Assembly (NCBI GenBank): GCA_001938485.1
Contig: MQRK01225287.1
Location: 1-64,000, forward strand
Direction: 5' to 3'
From: Girardia tigrina
Taxonomy: Eukaryota
Length of the DNA: 64,000 nt
Positions 1-12,761 of the stretch are shown one piece after another. How positions within the stretch are numbered: the stretch's first letter is position 1; each line of letters begins with the position of its first letter. The notes beneath the pieces were generated by a model. The model saw only the letters and a list, made by a program, of their open reading frames with translations, made no database searches and was not told the origin of the DNA. A program made the position numbers and the translations under genes.

Positions 1-2
1 TC

Positions 3-338
3 TCAAATAAATCAAAAACTCCATCGGGTGTCCAAGCTAATCTAGTATATCAATTTAAATGTCACAAGTGTGAATCCTTGTACATTGGAGAAACAAATCG
101 TCATCTCCGCACTAGAATACCTGAACACACCCAATTGAGTAGGAATAGCTCGATTCTAGATCAGATTAAAAAATGCAGAAATAGAGATAAAGTTAACTAT
201 GAAACTGAATTTACTGTTTTGAAGAAAAATTTTGACACATATCATGAGAGGATAGTCACTGAGGCATTATTAATAAAGCATTTAAAACCATGCTTAAATG
301 TTCAAAGTGAATTATCCAATCATATTAAAATCTTTTAA
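3..338 (+). mobile_element. Penelope-like retroelement 3' end: GIY-YIG endonuclease domain (5' part lies outside the window)
   Basis: The frame is open from position 3: SNKSKTPSGVQANLVYQFKCHKCESLYIGETNRHLRTRIPEH...ERIVTEALLIKHLKPCLN. This matches the Penelope GIY-YIG pattern VY-x-C-x2-C-x3-YIGET-x-R-x-L-x2-R-x2-EH...EALxI...PxLN. Confidence 0.88.
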
Positions 339-638
339 TAAAGAAATTCTAATTCTGCACCAACAATTTTGGTTATCATTTTATCAGATACAGTTTATTC
401 ATGTAACCACTCCATATCTTCAACTCCGTTTCTTTTCAAAGAATAGAATTCTTTGTTGAAACAATTTTTGTTATTTCTGAGTTAACTTCATTCCAAGCTA
501 AAGAAGTAGTCTTCAGGGAATCTAAAATGGTTATCTTTGTTAGATGTTTTTGGAACATCTTCCACGATGTCAATATTAAAAGCCGATATAAGTTTTTCAA
601 GTTATATTAATCTACAAAAATGTCTAATACTTGTATTA

Positions 639-739
639 TTTTCCTATTGATATTTTGCTGCGTTTTGAATAAAATTTTGATGGTACCACGAAGGGATAAG
701 AACTATAAAATAAAACATTATCACAAATAATATAACAAA
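639..739 (-). repeat. 101-bp orphan copy of the 5' coding start of the neighbouring pogo/Tigger transposase (copy of 4116-4216)
   Basis: Direct repeat of 4116-4216 with 2 mismatches over 101 bp; no TIR or TSD of its own. Confidence 0.9.
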
Positions 740-1002
740 TTTAATTGACATTAAATTCATCTATTTTTTTAATTTTAAGGAACTATTTATTTCATAAATC
801 TTAAATCCATATAATAAAAATAAATATAAATAATTCATTTTACTTTTTTTAATTTCCGACAATAATTTTATTTTCTTTAATTGAATTTACGAAATCGTAT
901 CATAACTTTATTTAGTTCTTGATTTTTTTTAATTTAAAATGATACTTTGAATTCAATTATTATTTCAAAAATTATTAAAACATTATCTAAAAATTTCTAA
1001 CA

Positions 1003-1650
1003 TTCCCCCTTTTCTTCAAAATTTTTGAATTTTTCAACATTTCTGATTATTTGTTTCTTGTCTATATCTTCCAATTTATAACTCCTCTCATGAATCTTTT
1101 CTTTCATGATGTATGGTCCCTCATATCTGTCATACCCTTTATGTCACACTTCTTTTTTACCCACACTTGCTCTAACACCTTGAACTTCCGTCTTGTTTGT
1201 TCCTCTCGATCTTTAGTGTTATCGTCTAAAGACTGCCTACCATTACTATACCACTTCTGTCTATCTATTTTCCTATTGAATATAATTTCAGCCTGGCTCC
1301 TCCCAAAAGTTTTTTGACGTGTTGCATTCAATGTGAATTTCACTTCTGGGAGCATATCTGCCCAACTCGTCTCCTTCCTTTCTTTTAAACTTGCCTGTGT
1401 AAATTCACGTATTGTACGAAATTGTTGTTCCATCATTCCGTTTGTATTGTGGTGGTACGGGCTTGAGAATACTAATTGTATACATTCTTTAATCATTAAT
1501 TCTTTTATCGCCTGCGATTCGAAACTTTTCCCGAAATCCACATGTATTTATTTAGGAGCGCCAAATTTCCAATTTGTCAATATTATGTGAATAATCGTCT
1601 GCTCATCTTGTCATTTGATTGATGTCAAAATGATATATTTACTGAAAGTA
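1003..1650 (-). mobile_element. Ty3/gypsy LTR retrotransposon remnant: integrase core, polypurine tract and probable start of the 3' LTR
   Basis: Minus strand reads KFGAPK*IHVDFGKSFES...SSPYHHNTNGMMEQQFRTI...WADMLPEVKFTLNAT, an rve DDE integrase pattern. It is followed by a PPT GAAGAAAAGGGGGAA (1017-1003) directly abutting TGTTAG at 1002. Confidence 0.8.
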
Positions 1651-2151
1651 TACGCTTAGAGAACCTCTGACTAAAGTACTCGCAATGTATAGAGAAAGAA
1701 ATTAGCCAAAAACAACCGCTCACTTCGACTGACCTTAAGATCTATTACGTATGTAGTAACCTGTCATGCTAGGTACTTAAATAAGTACATAGGAACAAAT
1801 AACGTTCTTCCTGTGGGTCGTTTTTTAATAGAACGAGAGTGACGTTTTTTGATGACGATTTATACTTGTCCAAAAAAGGATAAAGCGGTTAATAACCATA
1901 AAAACACGTTTTTCTGTGTTATATTTTCCAATTTAACAAAAGTCACTTAAAAAATTTATATATAAAAAACTCTTATAAATTTGGAAATGATTACAATATG
2001 CAATATGATTCTGAATGACGTAATAATGATGAGGCACAAGACTTAGATCATGAATCATGTAATGTAGGTCTTGGTGAGCTGATTACGAACCGCATATATT
2101 ATACTCTCAGTGCTAATTTGGCCACCCTGAAATATAAAAATTCTCATTATA

Positions 2152-4505
2152 CAATGGTACCTCGGTTTACGAACTTAATCCGTTCCAGAATTATGTTCGT
2201 AAACCGAAACGTTCGTTAAACGAAGCATCAATTACAATAGAAAAGTATATAAATGCGATTAATTCGTTCCAATATAAAAATTTTTGTTCGTAAACCGAAT
2301 TTTTTTTAACTTTAGCGTTCGTAAACCGAGGTTTAACTATAAATTTATTTTTAATTTAAGGTGTAAAAAATATCGTAATGCTTATATTTTTATAAAACAC
2401 AGTTTTTGAAAAGAAACAGTTTTATTTAGGTCAATAATTTATTGATGAAAAGGATACTCTTCTTCAATATTAATTTCATCGGTGGTTTTTCTTTGTCTCT
2501 TGGTTTCTTTTTCTCCTGAGATTTTCGTCAAAAATGTATCGAGAGTAGTCTGTATTCTCCTTCTTTTTTAGAGTCTCTTTAAAATATGATATTGCATTAT
2601 CATTCATAATATTGATTGCTCGGTTTTCATCAATTTTTTTTGGATGGTACTTTTCAACAAATTTAAGTACTTCGGTTCACTTATTGCAAATGTCTTTAAT
2701 GGTGGCACTTGTGATATATTCTTCTTGTTCATCCTCAGATAACAGGTCCTTTTCAAACACTTCCTGCTTCTCACACAAAAGCATTTGAAGGTCTTTTGTG
2801 GTATACTTCTCGTCTGAGTTTAATACTATCTCCTCTACATCAGCATTGTTTACTTCTAAACCCATGTTTTGGGCCATTGACACAATATCCTTTACTGCAT
2901 CAACTTCGGACTTGGCTTCAGAAGGGCCAACATATATTTCTATCTAACAATCCGGCCAAAGTTTTTTCCACGCTTTATTCAAGGTATGACTTGTAAAACC
3001 AATTCATGCTTTATCAATAAAATTTATGCAGTGAAGGATATTAAAATTTTGCTTGTAAAATTCTCTCAGAGTTAAGTCATTATCATTGGTAATTTCAAAA
3101 CATTTTGAAAATAATTCTTTCATGTACAATTTCTTAAAATTTGCAATCACTTCTTGATTCATAGGCTGAATCAAAGGAGTTGTATTAGGCGGAAGATACA
3201 TGGCTTTTATGAAGTCAAGTTCATCAATCGAATCATCTTCAATATTACGAGGATGTGAAGGAGCATTTTCCATGATGAGAAGACACTTAATTGGTAAATT
3301 ATTTTCCTGCAAATATTTTCGCACACCTGGTGCAAATACATCACGCAACCAATCCATAAAAAAGCTTTGTCATCCAAGCTTTAGTGTTTGATTTCCAAAC
3401 CACAGGCAATTTAGACTTAACCACATTTTTCTTTTTAAAATATCGTGGGTTTTCTGAGTGGTACACCAGCATTGACTTCACTTTAAAATCTCCGCTTGCA
3501 TTGCTACATAGTAAAAGAGTTAACCTTTCTTTCATTGGTTTATGTCCGGGTATTGATTTTTCCTCCTGTGTAATAAAGGTTCTACTGGACATTCGCTTCT
3601 AAAAAAGTTCAGTCTCATCACAATTAAAAACTTGCTGTGAAACATGACCCTCATTTGCAATGAACTCAATAAACTCTTTTTTAAATATTTCTGCTGCTTA
3701 GAGGTCTGAACTCGAAGCTTCTTCATGTCTAACCACACTATGAATACCACTTCTTTTTCGAAACTTTTAGAACCATCCCCTACTAGCCTTAAAAAGCTCA
3801 TTATCAATGACATTGTTTTCAGTGGCCTGCTTAAATAAATCTTTATGTAATTGGTTGGCTATTTCACGTATTATCACTTCACTAATACTATCACCAAAAA
3901 GCTGTTTCTGATTTATCCAAATCAATAATAATTTCTCTACCTCTATTATTTGGGATCTTTGTTTTGTCAAGACATTCACGCAATTTGCAACATTGGCTAC
4001 CTTAATTAAATCTTTGTTTTTTAAAATTGTGCTAACCGTTGATTTCGTTAAATTAAAATGTCTTGCAATATTGGTTGTAAGAATGCCCATCTCATGTTTC
4101 TTAACAATTTCGTTTTTTTCCTATTGATATTTTGCGGCGTTTTGAATAAAATTTTGATGGTACCACGAAGGGATAAGAACTATAAAATAAAACATCATCA
4201 CAAATAATATAACAAACCATTAATTAAACTATTAAGATAAACCATGCATTTAATTTTTAAGATAACTATTAATTACAATAAATATCACAACCCGTGTTTA
4301 TTTAAATTTATGTGATATGTTTTAAAATAGTTTACATTAAAATGGTTTATTTAAACACTAAAAATTTAAAATATCTACGTTTTTCTTATTTTATATTTTG
4401 ATGTTCGCAAACCAAAGCATGTTTGTTAACCGAGACAAAATTGATTAAGATTTTTCAAAAATTTTTGTTCCTAAACCGAGACGTTCGTAGACCGAGGTAC
4501 CACTG
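2152..4505 (-). mobile_element. Full-length degenerate pogo/Tigger DNA transposon
   Basis: TIRs CA(A/G)TGGTACCTCGGT(T/C)TACGAAC flanked by TA (2150-2151 and 4506-4507). Multiple subterminal GTTCGTAAACCGA-type motifs occur near both ends. Confidence 0.93.
2430..4166 (-). pseudogene. Tigger/pogo transposase pseudogene (HTH, CENP-B-like HTH and DDE_1), with frameshifts and stops
   Basis: Consecutive ORF fragments: KRRKISIGK, IARHFNLTKSTVSTILKNK, EKLLLIWI, FKASRGWF, KERLTLLLCSNASGDFK, WKSNTKAWMT, LLIMENAPSHP, LPPNTTPLIQPMNQEVIANFKKLY. Confidence 0.92.
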
Positions 4506-7207
4506 TATATCTAATGATAATGGCATAATTATGTCATGATATTCTGCTTGGAAATTTTTGCAAAATCATTAAGTATGACGCTTAATTATTTCATGAATAA
4601 CGAATATATTAATTTTATTAGTAATTTACTTGGGTAATATCTTCATACTATCAAATAATAAATTTCTGATCAAATGATGGTAATACTGAAAGTTCATATG
4701 AAAAATATTAAATTTGCTTTTACAATACTTAAAGATTTTAATTTTTTTAATAAAAATTTTTAAAACATTGTATTTTAAAAATAAATTAAATCTTTTAATT
4801 TTTCCAAATTGTAATCTCTAGAATCCTAATTCCATATTTTTAATTATTAATATATTTTAGTGATTGTTTATGTATGTTTTTTTTATATTTTACGTATTTT
4901 GTGACAAAATATTTAATAAAATTGATTCATACTAAAGAATTCCGTTTATTTAATTAAATGATGCTGGAAAATAACTAAAACAATAAAGGAAATTATTATC
5001 AAATATAAAATTTTTTAATAATGAAAACATAAAAGAAATGTTTTATAGTTGTAAAGATTTTTATAAAAATGAGTATTTCTTTGAAGATCTATCAAAAAGG
5101 TCATGAAAGCATACATTTGTTGGCAGGATCGACGCGATTGTCCTTTCAGATAATTACAAAAGAAAAATATATTTATTTTAAAATGTTATCTCTCTCTTTT
5201 ACATTATGTTTTTCTTGCTTCTATAGAAATTTGAGATTTACTTTACCTTCTGTGATGAAATAATTAAAAGAAAAACAAATGTATCAAGGATATTTGAGCA
5301 AAAAAATTATTTCAAATAAATTAAATTAATTATTTTGAATTTTTTGTTAACTCAATGATATGTTTATTCAAATAATTCTGCCTGCTGTTTATGGTGATTT
5401 TATGACGATTTTCGGTTTTCAAATATAAATAGAAAATTGTTGTAAGTCATAAGTACTGAATCTTAAACTTCTTTCCAGAAGATCCTGACGAGTTTCTGCA
5501 ATCTCGTTTTTTAATTTAAATGTTTTCATAAAAATTTTAAACATTTTTATTAAGCATTTATATTATGAATTTTTTTTTCGAATTTCAATAGGATTTTTAT
5601 GAATTCATAGGATTTAAATTTCCTTCAAAAATAAGATTTCTGTGATATGAAAAGACATAGCCTTAAACCAGAAAATTTAGTTACTAGTTTCACTTTCTTT
5701 GATTTTTTATGATGACACATTGCTTAATGTGTTGCTGAAGACCTTATTGAAAATAGAAAAATACCTTCATCACTCATGGGGTAATGAATATCATTTAATA
5801 CCTTATTAAATCTGCAATAGCATATTTTAGTTTTATAAGTTCTAGTGAGTATATAAAAATGGTACCCTTAATGTAATCTATTATATTATTTTTTACTTGT
5901 ATCAATCTTACTTTTAAGGAAGCGGTTTACGCGAGGAGCATTGTTACTATCACTTTCCTTTCAATTAATTGCCAGGAGTTAGTTGCAGACAGGGCGACAT
6001 GTCCCTCCAAGTAACCCCTATTTTAGTTTTGGTATTTCTTTTAAAAAATCAGAAGAAAATAAGTCTATATGCTATTAAATTTATGGTTTATATACGTTAT
6101 GTAGATAATGTTTTTCTATATACCAATCTAGAATAATAAATATTTACAAATTGATAAAAAAATTAACGGCAATTATGACAAGTATATATCTTGACAACAA
6201 TCAAATATACATAAAAAAGATCTTAAAAATTATCATTAGAGTATTAATAATTAGATACGTTTTCTGTCAAATTCGAATTCTCTCTATCATTTTATTCCTC
6301 CAACTTTGCAAACAACTTACAAAAGATTAATTATAAAATTTCTTCGTATTTCTCTCATAATTTCACAATTTCAATTTTAACTGTACATTTCTCTGAACTT
6401 CAATAAAATCCTTAAGAAGCATTTATTTCACATTTGAATTTCGTTTCTTATTGACATTATTGTCTCTTTTTATGATATTATGAAGGTCGATGAATTTCTT
6501 ATTTCTTGGCCGAGGTCATTTTGTCAATGATAAAGTCAAATAATTGGAGATCGATTGAGCGGTTTTCTGGTTTTTTAAATGCGCAAAGAGATAAGAAAGC
6601 GAAAGCTATAAAAATTTAAGAGAATTCAAATTTTTATTATTAATTTTTATTGGAAATGACATTCAACCCGTAAACTTTTATTTTTCATTTACATTACATT
6701 TTTTTTGAAAACTGAGCACAATCACGCAAAAAACATTGATTAAATTACTTTATTTAAACAAACCACAATTTCAATTTTCGATTGATAAAAATTCAATGTC
6801 TTTAAAAATATTCAATAATTTTCATACATATTCGCGCATATATTTGAAAATGTTTGATAATTATCTTTAATTTTCTTTATTTAATTATTTTATTTAATTT
6901 TACTTTTAATTACTTTAAACTTGTTTTATGATTTTATTTATTTACTTAATTTAAACCTTTTTAATTATTTTTTAAAATTACTTTATTTAATTTTTTAATT
7001 TAATTATTTTAATTAGTTATTTTATTATATTTCATTTATATACTTTCCTTAAATTTTGGCAAAATGTTCGGTCAATGAACAATTTTCTGCTCCAGATAGG
7101 AAGAACTAGTAAATCAAAAATACATTTTTTAATATCCATTCTTTATGCGGGAAGAACAGATAAATAGTTTTCCTAAAATAAATAGTTTTAACTAAGTTTT
7201 GAATTAA

Positions 7208-7439
7208 CCCTACAATGCGCAATTTTTTTAATTATCATAAAAAATATATGCAACACACGCGGCCAGTATTATAAACTGAACTGTCATTTTTGTTGACAAA
7301 ATATATTTATGGGCAGTTATCATTCCATAGACAATGTTTTTGGTTCACAGTATGTAAACACTCAAAGAATATCACGTGATTAAAAGATATTGAGGTAAAA
7401 TATGGTTGATTCAAATATGAATCACGGCGCATTGTAGGG
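7208..7439. mobile_element. piggyBac-type MITE (232 bp)
   Basis: Perfect 13-bp TIR CCCTACAATGCGC with TTAA on both sides (7204-7207, 7440-7443). Confidence 0.85.
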
Positions 7440-7443
7440 TTAA

Positions 7444-7724
7444 TTAAATGTTCTTTCTTTACATAAAATAATTTTTAAATAAAATTAATATGTAAATAAA
7501 AATTAATACTAAAACTACAAAATTGAATTTTAAAAATAAAATCAGAAAATAATGAAAANNNNNNNNNNNNNNNNNNNNNNNNNNNNNNNNNNNNNNNNNN
7601 NNNNNNNNNAATTATCAATTTAGAACGATGTCGAATGACGAGAGTTTCGCTGAGAGTTGTCCAAAAGACAATTCTGATTGTAATGAAAATAAAAGTTTGA
7701 AAACCCATGTTGGTGTTCTTAATA
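7444..7724 (+). mobile_element. TGT..ATA solo-LTR-like family, subfamily B, 5'-truncated and containing an N-gap
   Basis: Near-identical to the reverse complement of 22398-22565; ends GTGTTCTTAATA; the left boundary is approximate. Confidence 0.7.
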
Positions 7725-8024
7725 ATATACAAAACATATCTTGTTATGAGCTTGCACAGCGGTTTTCCCTTTGCGAAAATAATGCAACAAAACATGACGA
7801 ATATGTTCATTTTGATTTTCCATTTCGAATTGACGGTAAAGTAATAAATTAAAACAAAATCANNNNNNNNNNNNNNNNNNNNNNNNNNNNNNNNNNNNNN
7901 NNNNNNNNNNNNNNNNNNNNNNNNNNNNNNNNNNNNNNNNNNNNNNNNNNNNNNNNNNNNNNNNNNNNNNNNNNNNNNNNNNNNNNNNNNNNNNNNNNNN
8001 NNNNNNNNNNNNNNNNNNNNNNNN

Positions 8025-8084
<60 letters not shown>
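8025..8084. repeat. Compound (TA)n(GA)n microsatellite next to an assembly gap
   Basis: Directly visible. Confidence 0.95.
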
Positions 8085-8088
<4 letters not shown>

Positions 8089-10950
8089 AAGCTAATAAAA
8101 AGAAGGGAAAAATGAAGTTCTTAAATTTTTTTCAACAATATTTGTTTGTAAAAAGAAACCTGACACAGTATTATGTATTAATATAGTTTTTACAATCATA
8201 AATATATAAGAAATATAATAAAATTCTACTTTTCACATTTTAATCGCATTCATTTATTTATGGTAAAAGTAATCAAAGTATTGTTCGAAGGTTTTATTTC
8301 TATCAAAATGGTTATTCAAAAATCGGTACTTGAAACTAGTTAAGATAAAAAAATACAAGATTAACAAATTTCTATTCTTAAAATTCTCTTTCTACAAATT
8401 CATATCATTTGATAGTTACTAGTTTAGGATAATTAATCAAGTGTTGATCCGAAAATCAATCTACAAGCACAATCTTTGTTGAAAGTATTTTTTATGATTT
8501 ATTAAAAATTAATATTTGAAAATCATTTTGTTATAATAAATCTCATTATAACAATTTTTCTATCTGAAGTTAACGGTTAATCCATCGAAATTAATAAAAA
8601 ATACATTCTGGTTGTTAAAATTTTAAAAATAATTTATTGTCATTATTTAAATTTGTTCACAGTAAAATACAAAATTTACAAAAGCATATTATTATGACAT
8701 TATTTTTATGCTTCCATTTCTTAATTCTCGTCTTTGATTACCATTTTATATTAAATTTTCTTTAATCAATTTAAAAGCAAACATTTATTCTAAAAAATTA
8801 TATATAATACCCTCATATTTATCTACTATTACAAAAGAAATTCTAATGGCAATTTTTTAATTTAAGTGCCACAGGGCGCTTCTGCAGTTAAACATACCGT
8901 TTTATAGACGTCCAGATGTTAATTATACCTTTAGAAAAAAAATTTAATGATTATTTATAATTTAAGAAACTTATTTGAAACAAAACCAATTAATGAAGAC
9001 ACTAAACTATTATATGATCAAATAAATGTATAATTAAGATATTTCTGTTTTTAATATTTAAGTATTTAAAATGAAGTGTTTTAAAGAGTGTTGCCTGCAG
9101 CTGAAACATTGTTTCCAATATTCATAATGTTTAAAATTTAGATACCAGAAATGCTTAAATTAAGTTTCCATTCATGTCAATGGCGTATTTATGAAGATGA
9201 AGGGTTGACTGATTTAGGTAATGTCGGATATAAAATAATATTTATAACTGTATTTTAAGATGTATTAGAAATTCTGAAATTTCACTGGAGTTTACTTCTA
9301 ATACCTAAACATTTTATATGCTTACACAATGTAGTGATTTCCGAGTCAAATGTATATTCCTAAAGTATAAAAAATCAAACAAAAAGTCGAAAAATGTCTA
9401 CAAACTTAATATTTTAAGTGATTATTTATTTCATAAATTGAATCAATTAAATGTTTTATATTTCCATTTTAATTTTTATTAATTTAGGAAAATGATTTTT
9501 ATGCGAAAAATAGGATAATATCTAATCATATTAATAATATTTTATGATTTGGGTAAAAATATTTAGGGGTGAAGAAGTCAACCCAACATTTGGTTAATAT
9601 GAATCGTAAACCATTGGTAAATAATTTTAATACAAAACCCGATATTCTATATCATAACCACTAATATTATTTATGTTACAAATTGAGATTAATGATAAGA
9701 TAAGATTATTTTTGACTAAGATATGTGGCTTAATTTCTCCATATTTGTAGATCTTGAAGCAATGAATTCTTAAAATAGTATTTACCTCCCGTCTTGTCGT
9801 CTATCACACTTTAATTATAATAATAACAACAAATATTTTCGAATGATATTTGCAAAATAAAACTGTCTTTTTGTACATTTCAAATATTTTTTGTTAGGGA
9901 AATAAAATTCAATTCTACAAGTAATATAATCTAACTAAAGAACATTTGTAATCTGTTCTTAGGAAAAAAGTTTGTAGTAATCAGAAATATTTATATTTTA
10001 TAAATTTCAAATATGAAAATGATAAAGAAATCGGAAAATAGTCTTTAAAATTGAAATATAAAACAAATAAAATTTATCAAACAAATAATTTTATCATAAA
10101 ATTCAAAGTAATATGTAATGACACAAGTATATCAAAGATCAATGTTTAAAATTCTTTTGATCATAATGAAGGTGGATCATATCAATATCAAGTGTTTCGA
10201 TAAGTATTGGGATTTATTATATATTGCCGAAATTAATTTATATTTTCCACTATTTGAATTTAAAAATTTGAGGAAATTGGTTTTAAAAAGATGTTTAATC
10301 AATGAAATATTGATCATTTTTGTCAACAACATGTTCTCTCCACTCGGACAATCCATTAATTATTGTTTTGAAAAGATCAATTGATTCAGAATTAAAAGGC
10401 ATTCATATTTTAGCCAATTTTTAAAATTAATGTTCCTTAGAACGTTTTGCATGCTTCTGAAACGAAGGAAGTTAGATTGTTCTGAATATAGAGAATATAG
10501 TATATGATGTAGAAGTCAGATTTGTGGCTGTATTATAAAGAAGTAGGAAATTCCATTTTTGTTTTATAGTATTCATCCATCAACCTATTTGTTCACAATT
10601 ATCAGTGCAATTGAAGAGACAGGAGTGACATATGTGAGGGATGGAGGATTAACTTCACCAAACTGGCGTGGACAGTGGAAATATACATTGGAGGCATGAG
10701 CTTCCAACTCAAGCATAACTTGGAGAAAATGTCTAATTTTAATATTCCACTCATTAGGAGTTGAAAAGGGAATTTACGTGTTCCTAAAGTAAAAGATTAG
10801 CTTGCAGTACTCATAAGTCATTCCACATTGTCATTAAATCAAAATATTCTGTATGTTTGGAGGTTCTCCTCTTCCAAAAGTTTCATGAATCTTGTCTCGT
10901 TAAACTCGATCAGTGATTTTTCTGGATAACTGGATGGTGTTTATACTCTT

Positions 10951-11412
10951 TGTGAGGAATATTTTAATTTGTTTGACTGTTTAAATGTATGGATGCGGTA
11001 TGTTGATTTAAATATGCTGAATTTAGAATGGTGATTCTCCCACCCAGATGGAAATTGGTATTTTTTTATTTAAATTTAAAGTGATTGACTATTCGAACAC
11101 AATTAAAATTAAGTTTAATATTTTTTAGTAAAATTTAAATTAAATGCATTTTTAATAATTTGATGACATTTTTATTTTTTTAAGATTTATTGAAAAATAA
11201 TAAAAATTATTATTTTTTTAATTAATATTTTTAGAGACTAAATATTTTAAAAAATAATTTAGAAAAATTGTTCGAATAATCATGATTAAAAAGAGAAATA
11301 AGAAAACCAATTAGAAGGATGACAAACGATGAAAGACTTTCTGAGAGTCATAATGACTCTAAATGTGATTGTAATAAACATTCAAACGAGACTTGTTTAA
11401 ATGTTCTTAATA
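10951..11412 (+). mobile_element. TGT..ATA solo-LTR-like family, subfamily A
   Basis: Starts TGTGAGGAATA and ends GTTCTTAATA; flanks CTCTT/ATCTT (5-bp TSD, 1 mismatch); highly similar to 36991-37492 and 48687-49103. Confidence 0.8.
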
Positions 11413-11431
11413 ATCTTATTGCATTAATATA

Positions 11432-12761
11432 TTAGGTGTACAAGTATGAAATGCAGATTTCAGAAAACGGATTGTGCACAATGCAAAAAGTAGGTCAATG
11501 GTTAGGCAATGATGTCATAATATTGAGTAATTATGTAGTGTCTCATACGTAACTCATAAATTGATAAAGCGTTTAATAATTGTTGTATTTCTGTGTTTTA
11601 GATGTCCAAATTTATGCCAAGCAGGGAACATTCGCGGACGGTACTAATTTTTTGTTACCATCTAAAGAAAACTGCTGCTGAATCATACCGNNNNNNNNNN
11701 NNNNNNNNNNNNNNNNNNNNNNNNNNNNNNNNNNNNNNNNNNNNNNNNNNNNNNNNNNNNNNNNNNNNNNNNNNNNNNNNNNNNNNNNNNNNNNNNNNNN
11801 NNNNNNNNNNNNNNNNNNNNNNNNNNNNNNNNNNNNNNNNNNNNNNNNNNNNNNNNNNNNNNNNNNNNNNNNNNNNNNNNNNNNNNNNNNNNNNNNNNNN
11901 NNNNNNNNNNNNNNNNNNNNNNNNNNNNNNNNNNNNNNNNNNNNNNNNNNNNNNNNNNNNNNNNNNNNNNNNNNNNNNNNNNNNNNNNNNNNNNNNNNNN
12001 NNNNNNNNNNNNNNNNNNNNNNNNNNNNNNNNNNNNNNNNNNNNNNNNNNNNNNNNNNNNNNNNNNNNNNNNNNNNNNNNNNNNNNNNNNNNNNNNNNNN
12101 NNNNNNNNNNNNNNNNNNNNNNNNNNNNNNNNNNNNNNNNNNNNNNNNNNNNNNNNNNNNNNNNNNNNNNNNNNNNNNNNNNNNNNNNNNNNNNNNNNNN
12201 NNNNNNNNNNNNNNNNNNNNNNNNNNNNNNNNNNNNNNNNNNNNNNNNNNNNNNNNNNNNNNNNNNNNNNNNNNNNNNNNNNNNNNNNNNNNNNNNNNNN
12301 NNNNNNNNNNNNNNNNNNNNNNNNNNNNNNNNNNNNNNNNNNNNNNNNNNNNNNNNNNNNNNNNNNNNNNNNNNNNNNNNNNNNNNNNNNNNNNNNNNNN
12401 NNNNNNNNNNNNNNNNNNNNNNNNNNNNNNNNNNNNNNNNNNNNNNNNNNNNNNNNNNNNNNNNNNNNNNNNNNNNNNNNNNNNNNNNNNNNNNNNNNNN
12501 NNNNNNNNNNNNNNNNNNNNNNNNNNNNNNNNNNNNNNNNNNNNNNNNNNNNNNNNNNNNNNNNNNNNNNNNNNNNNNNNNNNNNNNNNNNNNNNNNNNN
12601 NNNNNNNNNNNNNNNNNNNNNNNNNNNNNNNNNNNNNNNNNNNNNNNNNNATGTATCATTAGTAATGGAGCATATTTTGAATAAAGCTTTTTTTATCGTT
12701 CTTTTGTTTTTAACGTATTTCTTTTCAAAATTTAATCCGCATTTCATACTTGTACACCTAA
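11432..12761 (+). mobile_element. mariner element of Mos1/mauritiana type; interior hidden by an N-gap
   Basis: TIR TTAGGTGTACAAGTATGAAATGC(A/G)GATT with TA on both sides; about 1.3 kb long. Confidence 0.92.
11602..12684 (+). CDS. mariner transposase (only the N- and C-termini are visible)
   Basis: MSKFMPSREHSRTVLIFCYHLKKTAAESY...CIISNGAYFE* closely resembles the Mos1 termini as I recall them (RTVLIFCFHLKKTAAESH...GKYFE). Whether the ORF is intact cannot be determined across the gap. Confidence 0.8.
   Translation: MSKFMPSREHSRTVLIFCYHLKKTAAESYXXXXXXXXXXXXXXXXXXXXXXXXXXXXXXXXXXXXXXXXXXXXXXXXXXXXXXXXXXXXXXXXXXXXXXXXXXXXXXXXXXXXXXXXXXXXXXXXXXXXXXXXXXXXXXXXXXXXXXXXXXXXXXXXXXXXXXXXXXXXXXXXXXXXXXXXXXXXXXXXXXXXXXXXXXXXXXXXXXXXXXXXXXXXXXXXXXXXXXXXXXXXXXXXXXXXXXXXXXXXXXXXXXXXXXXXXXXXXXXXXXXXXXXXXXXXXXXXXXXXXXXXXXXXXXXXXXXXXXXXXXXXXXXXXXXXXXXXXXXXXXXXXXXXXXXXXXXXXXXXXCIISNGAYFE

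Noticed and set aside
339-640. Hammerhead ribozyme expected in a Penelope pseudo-LTR
   Set aside because: I found no CTGANGA...GAAA core with flanking stems downstream of the ORF. The CTGACGAG at about 5485 and CTGATGAG at 51961 also lack a properly placed GAAA and stem II.
7628-7852. ORF MSNDESFAESCP... and related short ORFs (41818-42103, 36901-37158, 33740-33970, 34249-34464) as a host gene family
   Set aside because: They lie in or run out of the TGT..ATA repeat, cross its boundary, and the frame is broken in other copies.
10380-10945. Possible Tc1/mariner remnant on the minus strand
   Set aside because: The motif traces are too degenerate to support a call.
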